Positions 11,238 to 21,742 of a stretch of 64,000 nucleotides of DNA are shown here, one piece after another (position 1 is the first letter of the stretch; each line of letters begins with the position of its first letter). Source of the DNA: Akkermansia muciniphila (GTDB taxonomy: Bacteria; Verrucomicrobiota; Verrucomicrobiia; Limisphaerales; UBA9464); assembly GCA_945898055.1 (NCBI GenBank), contig CAMDGV010000011.1:668-64667 (forward strand), written 5' to 3'. The notes beneath the pieces were generated by a model. That model saw nothing but the letters and a program-made list of their open reading frames with translations. It was not told the DNA's origin and searched no databases. Position numbers and translations under genes: made by a program.

Positions 11238-11249
11238 TTCGGAGATTAC

Positions 11250-11300
11250 TCAAAAGAAAAACGGTATCGGGAAATTCTTTTCACGATACCGTTCTCTTCT
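11250..11300. terminator. Bidirectional hairpin terminator between convergent hemB and the FKBP gene
   Basis: Perfect 10-bp stem AACGGTATCG (11260-11269) / CGATACCGTT (11284-11293) with a 14-nt loop. A T-rich run follows on the minus strand (TTTCTTTTGA) and CTCTTCTTC follows on the plus strand. Confidence 0.65.
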
Positions 11301-11318
11301 TCAGAACTTTTTCGATGA

Positions 11319-12293
11319 CTATTTTGGAGCGGCAGGGCTCTTCTTCGGGGCCTTAGCTTCTTGCTGAAGCCGTTCGGCATCGGAAGCTTTGATTACTTCG
11401 ATTTTTGCCCCTTTCTTTAAATCCTCGGCACTCGGCACTCTGATAATATCACTCGTCACCACTGGGCTGGGAGCCGCAGGGGGCGGAGGACGAATGCCGA
11501 CTAATTCTACTTCGAATACGAGCGCTGAACTAGGAGCGATCTTGGGCGGTGACCCGTTCATTCCGTAGGCTAGTTCAGAGGGAATCGCCAGCTTGTACTT
11601 AGATCCTACAGGCATCAACTGGAGCGCCTCAGTCCAACCCCGAATGACTCGAGTCACCCCGAAGGATGCCGGTTCGCCTCGGGAATAAGAACTATCAAAT
11701 TCTGTTCCATCAATGAGTGTACCGCGATAATGAACCTGAACGGTGTCATTGGTGGTTGGCTTGGCACCGGTACCTTCCTTCATAACCTGATATTGAAGTC
11801 CACTGGCGGTTACCTTAACCCCTTCCTTCTTTTTATTTTCAGCTAAGTAAGCTTCACCAGCGGTCTTCGCTTTCTCGCCATCAACCTTGCGTTTCTCTTC
11901 CATCTTCTTCCGGATTTCTCCACTATAATTTCGGAGAATAACGTTGGCCTCGCCGTCGGTAATTATCGTTGTCTTACCTCGGAGGGCTTCAGAAAAAGCT
12001 CGGATTACGACCTCCGTGTCATTCTCGTACTGACCACGAAGAAGCTGACGTTTAAGATCCCCGGCGAGCAAAACACCCATCGCATAGCTGTTCTTTTCGA
12101 GATCGGAAGCAAACTTTCCTGCCCCCGGATCAACCGCGGCAGGTGCAACGACTGAGCTAGCCGCCGCTTTTTTAGCCGCCGTTGGATTAGCCACGGGAAT
12201 AGGAGTCGCCTTGGGACTCTGGGCCAGTGCAACACTAGAAAAAAATCCAGTGGCAAGGATAAATGATACGAACGCAGAGGATACTGGTTTCAT
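11319..12293 (-). CDS. FKBP-type peptidyl-prolyl cis-trans isomerase (FkpA/Mip-like, secreted)
   Basis: Signal peptide is present. The C-terminal FKBP domain reads VQVHYRGTLIDGTEFDSSYSRGEPASFGVTRVIRGWTEALQLMPVGSKYKLAIPSELAYG. Confidence 0.9.
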   Translation of the reverse strand: MKPVSSAFVSFILATGFFSSVALAQSPKATPIPVANPTAAKKAAASSVVAPAAVDPGAGKFASDLEKNSYAMGVLLAGDLKRQLLRGQYENDTEVVIRAFSEALRGKTTIITDGEANVILRNYSGEIRKKMEEKRKVDGEKAKTAGEAYLAENKKKEGVKVTASGLQYQVMKEGTGAKPTTNDTVQVHYRGTLIDGTEFDSSYSRGEPASFGVTRVIRGWTEALQLMPVGSKYKLAIPSELAYGMNGSPPKIAPSSALVFEVELVGIRPPPPAAPSPVVTSDIIRVPSAEDLKKGAKIEVIKASDAERLQQEAKAPKKSPAAPK

Positions 12294-12631
12294 TGGAAGT
12301 TCTTAATTCTCTCTAATATCGGAGCTTCTCTACGGGCGCTGCCGTATGGAATTTTCAAACTTAAAGAGAAGATTCGGTCAAAGTCGAGCCTTGGAAAAAA
12401 AAACGACTTAAAAAGAGCGTCACCCTAAAAGAGGGCAGCCTTTCAAGGAACCTCCGGAGTTCGCACCGACCTGCCATCGGCTCGTCTCTTTGTCATTCGC
12501 TGAACATGAACCGATTGTTCCATCTTGAGCTCTGAAAGCGGCTGCCCCCTAGGATTGAGTAGCCAAGGGAGGCTCGCCGAATTCAGATCTAGGGCGCTCT
12601 TCTCCCTAAAAGTAGTCTTTAACTGCAAAGG

Positions 12632-14167
12632 TTAGGCTGAGGCCACTAATTGCCGGTGCAAAGCAAAGGACGGTCTAAGCGAGCGGGAGAGAGAATTTTG
12701 GAGGTTCTGCAAGTGAACATAAACCTCGGCCTTCGTCGCATCAGGTTCGGCAATTTCAGATCGGTTTACCGCCACAAATCGATCGGTAATTTCCGACATT
12801 GTCACGGATTCACCTCGATCAATACGCCAACTCCACAACGCTTGGAGCGCAGCCCCATAAGCCGCCCCTTCACTGACTTTTAAGGTGACCACCTCAACCT
12901 GAAAAATGTCCGCCATAATCTGACGCCATAGCTTGGATTGGGCTCCCCCACCGGTCGCTCGAACCTGCTTTGCTGACACTCCAAGGGCCGCGAGTCGGCG
13001 CAATCCGTAGTTCATTCCCAAGGTCACCCCTTCCATGGTCGCTCGGGCAAAACAAGGCGCGTTGAATGTCTTGGGTCGAACACCGAAAAAGACCCCAGTT
13101 CCGTCGGGGACATTCGGGGTTCGTTCACCTTCTAAATACGGGAGTAAAAGTAAGCCGTTAGAACCGGGTGGTGCCTTACTGGCCGCCTTTTCAAAGCCAG
13201 CATGATCAAGTCCGAAATCGCTGCGAACCATCTCGGTGGCGACGGTTACATTCATCGTGCAAAGCAAAGGCAACCAATGATTGGTCGAATCACAGAAAGC
13301 GGCAATCTCACCGTCGGGATCAGTTACCGGTTTATTGGCGCAGGCGTAAATGGTTCCACTTGTCCCAAAACTAGCGGTTACCACCCCTTCACGGGTATTT
13401 CCGGTCCCAATGGCTCCCATCATATTGTCGCCACCGCCAGCACTGATCACAACGCCAGAAGACAGGCCCAACTGCTGGGCAGTCGCAACCGAAAGACGTC
13501 CAGCTGGACGATCACTGGGTGATAACGCTGGAAGTTTTCCTGCCAGATCCGGATCAATAGCCGCCACTGCTGCCGCGCACCACTGTCGACGTCGGACATC
13601 CATCAGGGCGGTTCCCGAGGCGTCGCCCCATTCCATAAATCGTTCGCCGGTCAGCCAGAAATTCAGGTAATCGTGGGGCAATAGAACGGTGGCTAGCCGC
13701 CGATAATTCTCGGGTTCATTCTTCTTTAACCAGAGAATTTTAGGGGCGGTAAACCCCGGTAGCACCGCATTTCCAAGGGCTTTTAAGGTTTTCTTGGCAC
13801 CGCCCAAGGCTGAAGTAATCTCAGCGCACTCCTCCGATGTTACGGTGTCGCACCAAAGTTTAGCGGGGCGTATCACTGCCCCGGCAGCATCCAAAGGCAC
13901 AAAGCCATGTTGCTGCCCGCTGACCCCCATCGCCACGACTTCGGATCCCGATGCGCCTGCCTCCTTTAAAGCACCCCGAATAGCCCGGGTCGAAGCGGTA
14001 ATCCATTGAGCTGGATGTTGTTCTTTGGCGCCTGCCGGTAAATCCGGAATCAAGTCGTGTCGGCCGGTGCCTTGTCCGAGCACTTTTCCTGTAATCGCAT
14101 CGACCACTAACGCTTTGGTAGATTGGGTTCCGGAATCAATTCCGATGAGTAATGTCCGCTTGGCCAT
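12632..14167 (-). CDS. xylB: Xylulokinase / FGGY-family carbohydrate kinase
   Basis: GIDSGTQSTKALVVD N-terminal motif, GGGDNMMGAIGTG, and the C-terminal ATGGGAQSKLWRQIMADIF. Confidence 0.85.
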   Translation of the reverse strand: MAKRTLLIGIDSGTQSTKALVVDAITGKVLGQGTGRHDLIPDLPAGAKEQHPAQWITASTRAIRGALKEAGASGSEVVAMGVSGQQHGFVPLDAAGAVIRPAKLWCDTVTSEECAEITSALGGAKKTLKALGNAVLPGFTAPKILWLKKNEPENYRRLATVLLPHDYLNFWLTGERFMEWGDASGTALMDVRRRQWCAAAVAAIDPDLAGKLPALSPSDRPAGRLSVATAQQLGLSSGVVISAGGGDNMMGAIGTGNTREGVVTASFGTSGTIYACANKPVTDPDGEIAAFCDSTNHWLPLLCTMNVTVATEMVRSDFGLDHAGFEKAASKAPPGSNGLLLLPYLEGERTPNVPDGTGVFFGVRPKTFNAPCFARATMEGVTLGMNYGLRRLAALGVSAKQVRATGGGAQSKLWRQIMADIFQVEVVTLKVSEGAAYGAALQALWSWRIDRGESVTMSEITDRFVAVNRSEIAEPDATKAEVYVHLQNLQNSLSRSLRPSFALHRQLVASA

Positions 14168-14411
14168 AATGAAATTGATCTTGAAAGAATCACATTCAAT
14201 CTGTCCAGAGTCATCGATAAATCACGGTCGCTTAATCGAGTGAAATTGATCGCTGGTGCCCAAAAACCTTGCCCGCTGGGGGCCGAAAGGGTCGCTGAGC
14301 AGTCCCCGTGGACCTCACTAAAACCCGCCTTGTCTGCGATTAGATCTACGGGGAGTTACAGAGTTGAGTTAACTTCTCGACCCAGTGCCCACGTCTCGTA
14401 TTCTCTCTTAA

Positions 14412-15062
14412 ATGATCCTCCGCTCGATTTTAATTTACGTCCTCTTGATTGTTGGGTTCCAAGGCGCCTCTGCCGAAACCCTTAAACTAAGTCTAACTCA
14501 CTTTACTGATACCAACGGGAAGGAACCCGCCGGTGGCTGGAGCACCGATTCAGATGGGGCCCTTCACCTCAAAGGCAAAGGAGGGAATTTGATTAGTAAA
14601 CTCAATTGCACCAACTTCATTCTTGAATGGGAATGGAAGGTCGCTGCGGGTGCCAACAACGGCATTAAATATTGGGTCACCAATGTCGACGGCAAGGGAG
14701 ATTGGCTGGGGATCGAGTACCAGATGATTGATGACGACAAGCATCCGGACGGACTGCGCGGCGGATCTCACACCACGGCTTCTTTCTACGACATTCAAGA
14801 GCCTGAACCGGGTAAACCCGTTCGACCGGCAGGTGAGTGGAATAGCAGTCGGATTGTCGTCAAGAACGGCCGACTCGAGCACTGGCTTAACGGCAAACGG
14901 GTGGGCAAAGCTGATACGAACTCCGAAGACTGGAAACGCCGGGTCGCGGCTAGCAAGTTCAAAAATAAATCGGGATTCGCGTCTGGAGCAGGTCGTATCA
15001 TGCTCACCGATCACCAAGATGAAACGTGGTTCCGTTCTCTGCGATTGACCTTAACTCAGTAA
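14412..15062 (+). CDS. DUF1080 (3-keto-disaccharide hydrolase-like) secreted protein
   Basis: Signal peptide MILRSILIYVLLIVGFQGASA. Family-typical segments are NFILEWEWKV, NNGIKYW, EYQMIDDDKHPDG, PAGEWNSSRIVVKNGRLEHWLNG and IMLTDHQDETWFRSLRL. Confidence 0.85.
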   Translation: MILRSILIYVLLIVGFQGASAETLKLSLTHFTDTNGKEPAGGWSTDSDGALHLKGKGGNLISKLNCTNFILEWEWKVAAGANNGIKYWVTNVDGKGDWLGIEYQMIDDDKHPDGLRGGSHTTASFYDIQEPEPGKPVRPAGEWNSSRIVVKNGRLEHWLNGKRVGKADTNSEDWKRRVAASKFKNKSGFASGAGRIMLTDHQDETWFRSLRLTLTQ

Positions 15063-15256
15063 CTGCGCGCCTTTATCTCTCAAGAAACTGGGTAATGCCC
15101 GATTTCGATGGTGCGGTGCGTGACAACCAAAGTCACCCACCTTCAAAACTTTTGCCTTTTACCGCTTTTTATCCCCGCGGTTTAATTTAACAACGGCGAG
15201 CTTTAACCTCAGGGTTATCATTTGAGATTAAAGCGCCGGCTTTCCGGTGGAAGGCC

Positions 15257-16033
15257 TTAAAGGGTAAGTCGGGCAGTGACTTCCTTAGCCACCGCTGTAT
15301 AGGCGGCCGCTCCTGCACTATAGGGGTCATAACTCGTAATCGGTTTGCCGTGACTGGGGGCCTCGGCGAGGCGGGTAGATCGAGGGATGACTGCGGTGAA
15401 AACAGTTTCACCAAAATGTTGGCGAACTTCTGCCACGACGCTTTGGCAGAGCTTGGTTCGACCGTCGAACATGGTCATGAGAACACCCAAAATAGAGAGA
15501 GTCGGATTGATGCCTCCATCCCGAAGTTGATTGAGAATCCGAGTAATCATAGCAATGCCCTCGAGAGCATAGTATTCGCACTGGAGTGGGATCAGCAATT
15601 GGTCGGCAGCAGCAAAACAATTGAGAGTGAGGATGCCAAGAGACGGTGGGCAGTCGATGATGATGATTTTAAAGCGCCCGGAATCACGGATCGGCTGTAG
15701 AGTGCTCTTGAGTCGTAGCAGGTAGTTTTCAGAACGTGCCAGTTCAATTTCGGCACCGCAAAGGTCGACCTCGCTGCCGATCAAGAAAAGATTAGGAGTG
15801 GATGTCGATCGAATCCTCTCTTCCAGAGTGCCTTCACCTAAAAGGGGTCGGTAGACGCTGCCGCCCTCCAGTTTATCCAATCCCACGCCGCTGGTGGCAT
15901 TGGCTTGGGAATCCATATCAATAAGCAGGACAGGAAATCCCAGACCTGCGAGGCACGCAGATAAATTAACGCTGGTGGTGGTCTTTCCCACACCTCCCTT
16001 TTGGTTGGCAATGGCGATGACAGGCGACGGCAT
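15257..16033 (-). CDS. ParA/Soj-family partition ATPase (no adjacent parB)
   Basis: Deviant Walker A IAIANQKGGVGKTTTSVNL. I prefer the ATG at 16031-16033 over the TTG-initiated extension to 16084 in the ORF track. Confidence 0.88.
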   Translation of the reverse strand: MPSPVIAIANQKGGVGKTTTSVNLSACLAGLGFPVLLIDMDSQANATSGVGLDKLEGGSVYRPLLGEGTLEERIRSTSTPNLFLIGSEVDLCGAEIELARSENYLLRLKSTLQPIRDSGRFKIIIIDCPPSLGILTLNCFAAADQLLIPLQCEYYALEGIAMITRILNQLRDGGINPTLSILGVLMTMFDGRTKLCQSVVAEVRQHFGETVFTAVIPRSTRLAEAPSHGKPITSYDPYSAGAAAYTAVAKEVTARLTL

Positions 16034-16074
16034 AGGTCGAGGATCAGGGAGGGGAGGCCTCCGTGCAAAGCTAA

Positions 16075-16623
<549 letters not shown>

Positions 16624-16626
<3 letters not shown>

Positions 16627-16665
16627 TTATTGATAGGAAATTGCTTTTTTGACGTGGAGGGAAAA
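16624..16665 (+). repeat. Island-boundary repeat, copy B (left end of island; inverted partner of copy C)
   Basis: TAATTATTGATAGGAAATTGCTTTTTTGACGTGGAGGGAAAA. Its first three bases are the coaD TAA stop. Confidence 0.8.
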
Positions 16666-16749
16666 AAAGAAACTATTTGGACGATTGCACGCTTAGCCTC
16701 GACGCTCCTCGCCGAAATGCCCTAACTAGGCACCCTCAGTCGCAGTGAA

Positions 16750-16990
16750 GCCGGCCTGAGCGGCCTCGCGCCCTACAACCGGGACAGCGGCGTGCACAGC
16801 GGACGCCGCACCCCTACGGTGGCTGCCCGCAAGTGCGCCGGGTGCTCTCGATGGAGGCCCTCGGCGCGGCCGCTTTAACCCGATTCTGAAAACGTTTTAC
16901 GACCGGCTCGTAGCCGACGTCAAAGCCAAGAAAATCGCCCTCATCGCCTTCATGCGCCTCCTAAAGAACCCAAAATTTAAGTTCGCCTGA
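16750..16990 (+). mobile_element. IS110-family transposase C-terminal remnant (frameshifted, no N-terminal catalytic part)
   Basis: Reads AGLSGLAPYNRDSGVHSGRR..., then after a frame change RFNPILKTFYDRLVADVKAKKIALIAFMRLL. This matches the conserved IS110 C-terminal pattern LAGLAPFNRDSG...NPVLKAFYQRL...GKPKKVALVACMRKLL. The segment is very GC-rich. Confidence 0.65.
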
Positions 16991-17037
16991 AAGACCGTTG
17001 CTGGCCCACTGGACCCAAGGTCTGACGACCGCCTTCA

Positions 17038-17078
17038 TTTTCCCTCCACGTCAAAAAGCAATTTTCTACTAATAATTA
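17038..17078 (-). repeat. Island-boundary repeat, copy C
   Basis: TTTTCCCTCCACGTCAAAAAGCAATTTTCTACTAATAATTA. Its reverse complement matches copy B over about 41 nt, with a few substitutions and one T-run length difference. Confidence 0.8.
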
Positions 17079-17233
17079 GAATGGTTAAAGGAATGCGCGC
17101 GTGTTAAGAAAACACTCCGAATTTTTCCACCCGTGTCCGGCTGTTGAAGAATAGCCTGCGCAGGGATGGCGAAACCTGCAACCTACTTGAATCCGGTCTC
17201 GAAATTTATCCGCCACTCATTACATACTTACCC

Positions 17234-18700
17234 ATGAATCTCCGGCGTGACCTCCCAGCCTCCCTTGTCGTCTTCCTCGTCGCTGTGCCGTTGTCCCTCG
17301 GCATCGCCTTTGCCTCTGGGGCACCGATCATCGCGGGTCTGATCGGTGCGATGGTGGGCGGGATTGTTACAGGACTGCTTGCTGGGTCACCGCTTCAAGT
17401 TTCGGGTCCAGCGGCCGGCCTGACCGTCGTCGTGGCGGGGTTGGTCGCTCAATTTGGCTGGGAGACGATGTGTTTGATCACGGCTTGTGCGGGGGTGATT
17501 CAGCTTTTGTTGGGTTGGTTCAAGGTGGCACGCGGGGCTCTGATCATTGCGCCGGCCGTCGTGCATGGCATGCTGGCGGGCATCGGCATCTCCATCGCGC
17601 TGGCGCAGATTCATGTGGTGCTCGGCGGTTTGCCGCAGAGTTCACCGGTGGTGAATCTACTCGGTATTCCGAAGCAGCTCGGTCTGGTGAATACGCAGGC
17701 GGCGATTCTTGGTTTGCTGACCATCGCCATCCTTATCATTTGGAAGAAACTTCCCTTCAAAGCCATCCCAGGACCGCTGGTGGCGGTGGTGGCTGGTACG
17801 GTATTGTCCATCTTGATGAAAATGGACGTGAAGCGTGTGGATCTACCGGAGACCTTCGAGTTGACCAAACTAACACCGCCGGAGCATTGGGGGCCGTTTA
17901 TAACCGCGGTCCTGACGGTGGCGATCATCGCGAGCATCGAGTCCCTGCTCTGTGCGGTGGCCACGGACAAGTTGCACAGCGGTGTACGTTCGGATTTGGA
18001 CAAAGAATTGCGGGCGCAAGGCGCGGGAAATCTCGTCTCCGGCCTTCTCGGCGGCCTGCCGATCACGGGTGTGATCGTGCGATCCTCGGCAAACATCATC
18101 GCGGGTGGTGTGAGCCGTTGGTCGGCCATTATCCATGGCGTGTGGATTCTGCTTTTCGTGCTGTTTGCCCGCAACGTGATCGAATCCATCCCGCTGGCCG
18201 TGCTGGCTGGCCTGCTGGTGCATGTCGGTATCAACTTGGTGAATCTCCATCACATCAAAGAGCTGACGAAGCACAATGAGATCCTCATCTACTGGGCCAC
18301 GGTGCTCGGTGTGACCTGTGCGAATCTCCTCGCGGGTGTCGGCATCGGTGTGGGCCTCAGCGTTTTCTTCCTGCTGCGTCGTCTTTCAAACACCGACGTA
18401 AAAATGGCGCAACGTGACGGAAAATGGCAGGTGAAGATCGGAGGCACGCTCACGTTTGCCTCCGTGCCAAGGCTGAACGCCGAACTCTCGAAAATCCCCG
18501 CCGGTCACCCTGTCGAGATCGATCTCGCGGTCGATTTCATCGACCATGCGGCCTTTGAATCGATACACGGATGGCGTCAAAATCACGAAAAGACCGGTGG
18601 CCCTGTCGAGATCGATGAAACGCACGAGCAATGGTACAAGCCCGCCCAAGCGGGCACGCCACGCCAAGGAAAGTCTCTGCCAGCGGCAGCTAAAACCTGA
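17234..18700 (+). CDS. SulP-family anion transporter with C-terminal STAS domain (candidate bicarbonate transporter)
   Basis: N-terminus LVAVPLSLGIAFASGAP, many TM segments, and a C-terminal STAS-like segment KWQVKIGGTLTFASVPRLNAEL...VEIDLAVDFIDHAAFESI. The ATG at 17234 is preferred over the TTG at 17144. Confidence 0.88.
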   Translation: MNLRRDLPASLVVFLVAVPLSLGIAFASGAPIIAGLIGAMVGGIVTGLLAGSPLQVSGPAAGLTVVVAGLVAQFGWETMCLITACAGVIQLLLGWFKVARGALIIAPAVVHGMLAGIGISIALAQIHVVLGGLPQSSPVVNLLGIPKQLGLVNTQAAILGLLTIAILIIWKKLPFKAIPGPLVAVVAGTVLSILMKMDVKRVDLPETFELTKLTPPEHWGPFITAVLTVAIIASIESLLCAVATDKLHSGVRSDLDKELRAQGAGNLVSGLLGGLPITGVIVRSSANIIAGGVSRWSAIIHGVWILLFVLFARNVIESIPLAVLAGLLVHVGINLVNLHHIKELTKHNEILIYWATVLGVTCANLLAGVGIGVGLSVFFLLRRLSNTDVKMAQRDGKWQVKIGGTLTFASVPRLNAELSKIPAGHPVEIDLAVDFIDHAAFESIHGWRQNHEKTGGPVEIDETHEQWYKPAQAGTPRQGKSLPAAAKT

Positions 18701-18706
18701 TTTAAC

Positions 18707-21700
18707 ATGTCTGACGCGGACCAGCACCTTACCCATCAGATTCAGCATGCCGCGCATCTGCTACCGGCGCAGGGGCCAATCGGGGTGTTCATCCATCACA
18801 ACACGCTGCATGCCTTTGAAGATCAGACTTTTGATGAAGCGGTACGCACGGGGTCAAAGGTGTTTGGATGTCAGCCGTATCTTTCGGAGGATCGCTACCG
18901 CGAGGAACTGACGCGCGGGCGCATCCGCTTTGATGAACTGCGCGCGGTTTTGGAGCGTGATCTGGGTGAAATGGCGACAGTGAGCGTGCATGGCCTTTCA
19001 CGGCGGCTCGATCTGCGGTTGGCCATGCTGCAGCATCCGTTGCGCAGCGGCGACGGCCGTGAGCTTGACTGGTTCATGGCGGAAACGGACGCGCTGCTGA
19101 AGGCTCGACGCGATGTCTCCGAGGTTGAGAGGCGGCGTTTAATTACTGAGACACGACATTGGGTCATGCGCAGATTGCGCGGATCTCTGCCTGATGTAGA
19201 GCGGCCCGCATGGATTAAAGATCTGTTTCTACGCTTCAAAGAAACACGCATTGAGGACTGGCATGATGAACGTTGGGAGGCTTTCACGATGTCGGCGCTC
19301 TGGGAGGTTTGTCGGGAAGGGGTACGCCTCGCGGGTGAACATACACCAGCAGCGAAGCCGCTGATCCGTCATCGTGATCTGCTGAATGCTCACGGAGGCA
19401 TGGACAGCGATTTGCTAGTGAATGACGTGCTCATCCGCTTTTGCGCCTCCTTCCTCGATCAAGGCATCGCTCACTGGGCGCTACCGGAGCGTGATGCAGG
19501 CTTTTATGCGTCGTTTTGCTCGCTGCATAGCCAAGGGGACATCACTTCGGCGTGGTGGATGACAGGTGTGCGCCGCGAGATGCAGCGATTGCAAAGTGAG
19601 AAGGTCAGCGCCCTCGAGTGCCTGCATGAGTCGTTGGCTGCACTGGGCGTGAAGACGGATGAAGTCGAAGATTTCCTCTCGGCCACGCTCCTGGCCCTGC
19701 GTGGCTGGGGTGGCATGATCTGGCATGTGGAGCAGCGTGCAGACCGCGTGCATCATGCGGTGCCAGAAGGCACGTTGATCGACTTTTTGGCTGTACGGCT
19801 TTTGTTGGAGCGGTTCGCCGTTCCGGCGGCAGCGGGCAGTTCCATGGGTTACAAAGGCCCGCTCACTGAAATGCGCGAACAATTGGCCGCCCAGATCCCG
19901 TCCGCCCAGCCGAACTGTGATAAGCAACGTGCCTTTCTCGTGTTTCAGTTAGCGCAAGTGCTCGGCTGGACGCCCGCTCAGTTGTTTCATCTTACGCTGG
20001 ACTCGTGGGTGGAGTTGTTTGATGAAATCGAAGGCTTCACCGAGTTGGATCGACGCCGGGTGTTTCATCTGGCCTACGAGCATCGTTTCCGCGTGCAGAC
20101 GATGGATGCGCTGGCTTCACGCAGTGGGCGCAGCGTCAAACCCAAGGAGCGTCCGTCGTTTCAGGCGGTGTTTTGTATCGACGAACGTGAAGAGTCGATC
20201 CGCAGGCATGTCGAGGAGGTCGCGCCGACCGCAGAAACCTTTGGCGCAGCGGGTTTCTTTGGAGTGGTGATGTACTATCGCGGTGCAGCAGCAGCGGACT
20301 TCGTGCCACTGTGTCCAGTCGTGGTGCGGCCGCAGCATTGGGTGTCTGAGGTTGTGGATCGTCGTCTGCTCGATGAAGAAAAGCGCCGCAGCGGCGCACG
20401 CCGTCGTCTGGGCATGGCGCTGACGAGTTTTCACGGCGGCAGTCGTCGCATCGTGAGTGGTGCGTTCTTATCCGCGACGATCGGCTTGCTCGCTACGGTG
20501 CCGCTCGTCGCGCGCGTGGTTTTCCCGCGACTCACCGCCCGGTTTCGAGGTTTCTTCGGCAGCTTCATCGCGCCGTCACCCGTTACCCGGCTCAAACTAG
20601 AGCGCAGTTGCGAGAAGGCATCCCACGCAGATGAGGCGCACGGTTTCTTGCCGCAAGAAATGATCAACATCGCCGAGCGCATCCTGCGTGACATCGGCCT
20701 CACCAGCGGTTTTGCCCGCGTGGTGTTCGTCTTTGGTCACGGCTCCACCAGTATGAATAATCCCCACGAGTCGGCGCATGACTGTGGGGCCTGCGGCGGT
20801 GGCGTGGGTGGGCCAAATGCGCGTGCCATTGCTGAGATGCTCAATGATCCGCGCATTCATACAGCCTTAAAGCCGCGCGGCATCCAGATCCCCGCAGACA
20901 CCGTTTTCATCGGTGGTCTGCACAATACCGCGAACGACAACCTCACCTTCTCCGACGTGGATCGCGTGCCGCAGACGCATCAGTTCGAGTTTGAAGTGGC
21001 GTGCAAAGCCATGAACGAGGCGGTGGAGCGGAATGCGCACGAGCGTGCCCGCCGCTTCGGCTCCGCATCACTCGGACTCACGCAAACCGCAGCGAAGCGC
21101 CACATGGAGGGCCGGTCCGAAGATTTATCTCAAGTGCGGCCCGAGTGGGGCCACGCGACGAACGCCATCTGCATCGTTGGTCGTCGTGAAAAGACGCGCG
21201 GGCTGTTCCTCGACCGCCGCGCCTTCCTCGTGTCTTACGATCCGGAGCAAGATGATGCGGAGACGGCGATCCTGGCCCGCATCCTCGGTGCGGTGGTGCC
21301 GGTGTGCAGCGGCATCAATCTGGAATACTATTTCTCCTATGTGGACTCACCCGGCTGGGGCAGCGGGTCGAAGCTGCCGCACAACATCACCGGCCTGCTC
21401 GGCGTCATGGATGGTGCCATGAGTGACCTGCGCACGGGGTTGCCCTGGCAGATGGTCGAGATTCACGAGCCGGTGCGATTGCTCTTCGTCATCGAAACGA
21501 ATGCTGCGGCCTTTTTGGCGATCATGGAGAAGAACGCTGCGATCAAAACGATGGTGACCAAGTTGTGGGTGCAGGTCGCGCTGATGGATCCAGCCACTGG
21601 AGCGCTCAGCCTGTATCAAAATGGTCAGTTCGAGCCCTATCAAAGCCACGCGGGTCCGCTACCGGTCGCTGCGTCATCCAAGGAATGGTACACCGGTTGG

Positions 21701-21742
21701 AGAGAGCATCTGGAGTTCGCTGAAATCAAAGCCGCCGCGTGA
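18707..21742 (+). CDS. dabA: DabA / DUF2309 family protein (inorganic-carbon pump, beta-CA-like subunit)
   Basis: N-terminal LLPAQGPIGVFIHHNTLHAFE. CIDERE supplies Cys490 and Asp492. GHGSTSMNNPHESAHDCGACGG supplies His678 and Cys693. This is the family's Cys/Asp/His/Cys zinc-site pattern. 1011 aa. Confidence 0.88.
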   Translation: MSDADQHLTHQIQHAAHLLPAQGPIGVFIHHNTLHAFEDQTFDEAVRTGSKVFGCQPYLSEDRYREELTRGRIRFDELRAVLERDLGEMATVSVHGLSRRLDLRLAMLQHPLRSGDGRELDWFMAETDALLKARRDVSEVERRRLITETRHWVMRRLRGSLPDVERPAWIKDLFLRFKETRIEDWHDERWEAFTMSALWEVCREGVRLAGEHTPAAKPLIRHRDLLNAHGGMDSDLLVNDVLIRFCASFLDQGIAHWALPERDAGFYASFCSLHSQGDITSAWWMTGVRREMQRLQSEKVSALECLHESLAALGVKTDEVEDFLSATLLALRGWGGMIWHVEQRADRVHHAVPEGTLIDFLAVRLLLERFAVPAAAGSSMGYKGPLTEMREQLAAQIPSAQPNCDKQRAFLVFQLAQVLGWTPAQLFHLTLDSWVELFDEIEGFTELDRRRVFHLAYEHRFRVQTMDALASRSGRSVKPKERPSFQAVFCIDEREESIRRHVEEVAPTAETFGAAGFFGVVMYYRGAAAADFVPLCPVVVRPQHWVSEVVDRRLLDEEKRRSGARRRLGMALTSFHGGSRRIVSGAFLSATIGLLATVPLVARVVFPRLTARFRGFFGSFIAPSPVTRLKLERSCEKASHADEAHGFLPQEMINIAERILRDIGLTSGFARVVFVFGHGSTSMNNPHESAHDCGACGGGVGGPNARAIAEMLNDPRIHTALKPRGIQIPADTVFIGGLHNTANDNLTFSDVDRVPQTHQFEFEVACKAMNEAVERNAHERARRFGSASLGLTQTAAKRHMEGRSEDLSQVRPEWGHATNAICIVGRREKTRGLFLDRRAFLVSYDPEQDDAETAILARILGAVVPVCSGINLEYYFSYVDSPGWGSGSKLPHNITGLLGVMDGAMSDLRTGLPWQMVEIHEPVRLLFVIETNAAAFLAIMEKNAAIKTMVTKLWVQVALMDPATGALSLYQNGQFEPYQSHAGPLPVAASSKEWYTGWREHLEFAEIKAAA

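Noticed and set aside
12294-12631. 338-bp gap between xylB and the FKBP gene containing a 61-aa ORF (12443..12628). I considered a small gene or a riboswitch.
   Set aside because: I could see no motif, no conserved-looking structure and no convincing hairpin by eye. The evidence is insufficient.
14550-15017. 155-aa minus-strand ORF antisense to the DUF1080 gene. Similar cases are 1229..1543 and 4710..5219 within or overlapping the giant CotH gene.
   Set aside because: They are fully nested in well-supported genes on the other strand or frame, and they have no motifs.
17470-18279. Long alternative-frame and antisense ORFs inside the GC-rich island: 17470..18279 (+, 269 aa), 17611..18234 (-, 207 aa), 25591..26349 (-, 252 aa), 28180..28833 (-, 217 aa), 26030..26512 (+, 160 aa) and others.
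   Set aside because: They lie wholly inside genes with strong family motifs (SulP, glycosyltransferase). Their translations are Arg/Ala/Pro/Gly-rich and low in complexity. Long open shadow frames are expected in GC-rich DNA.
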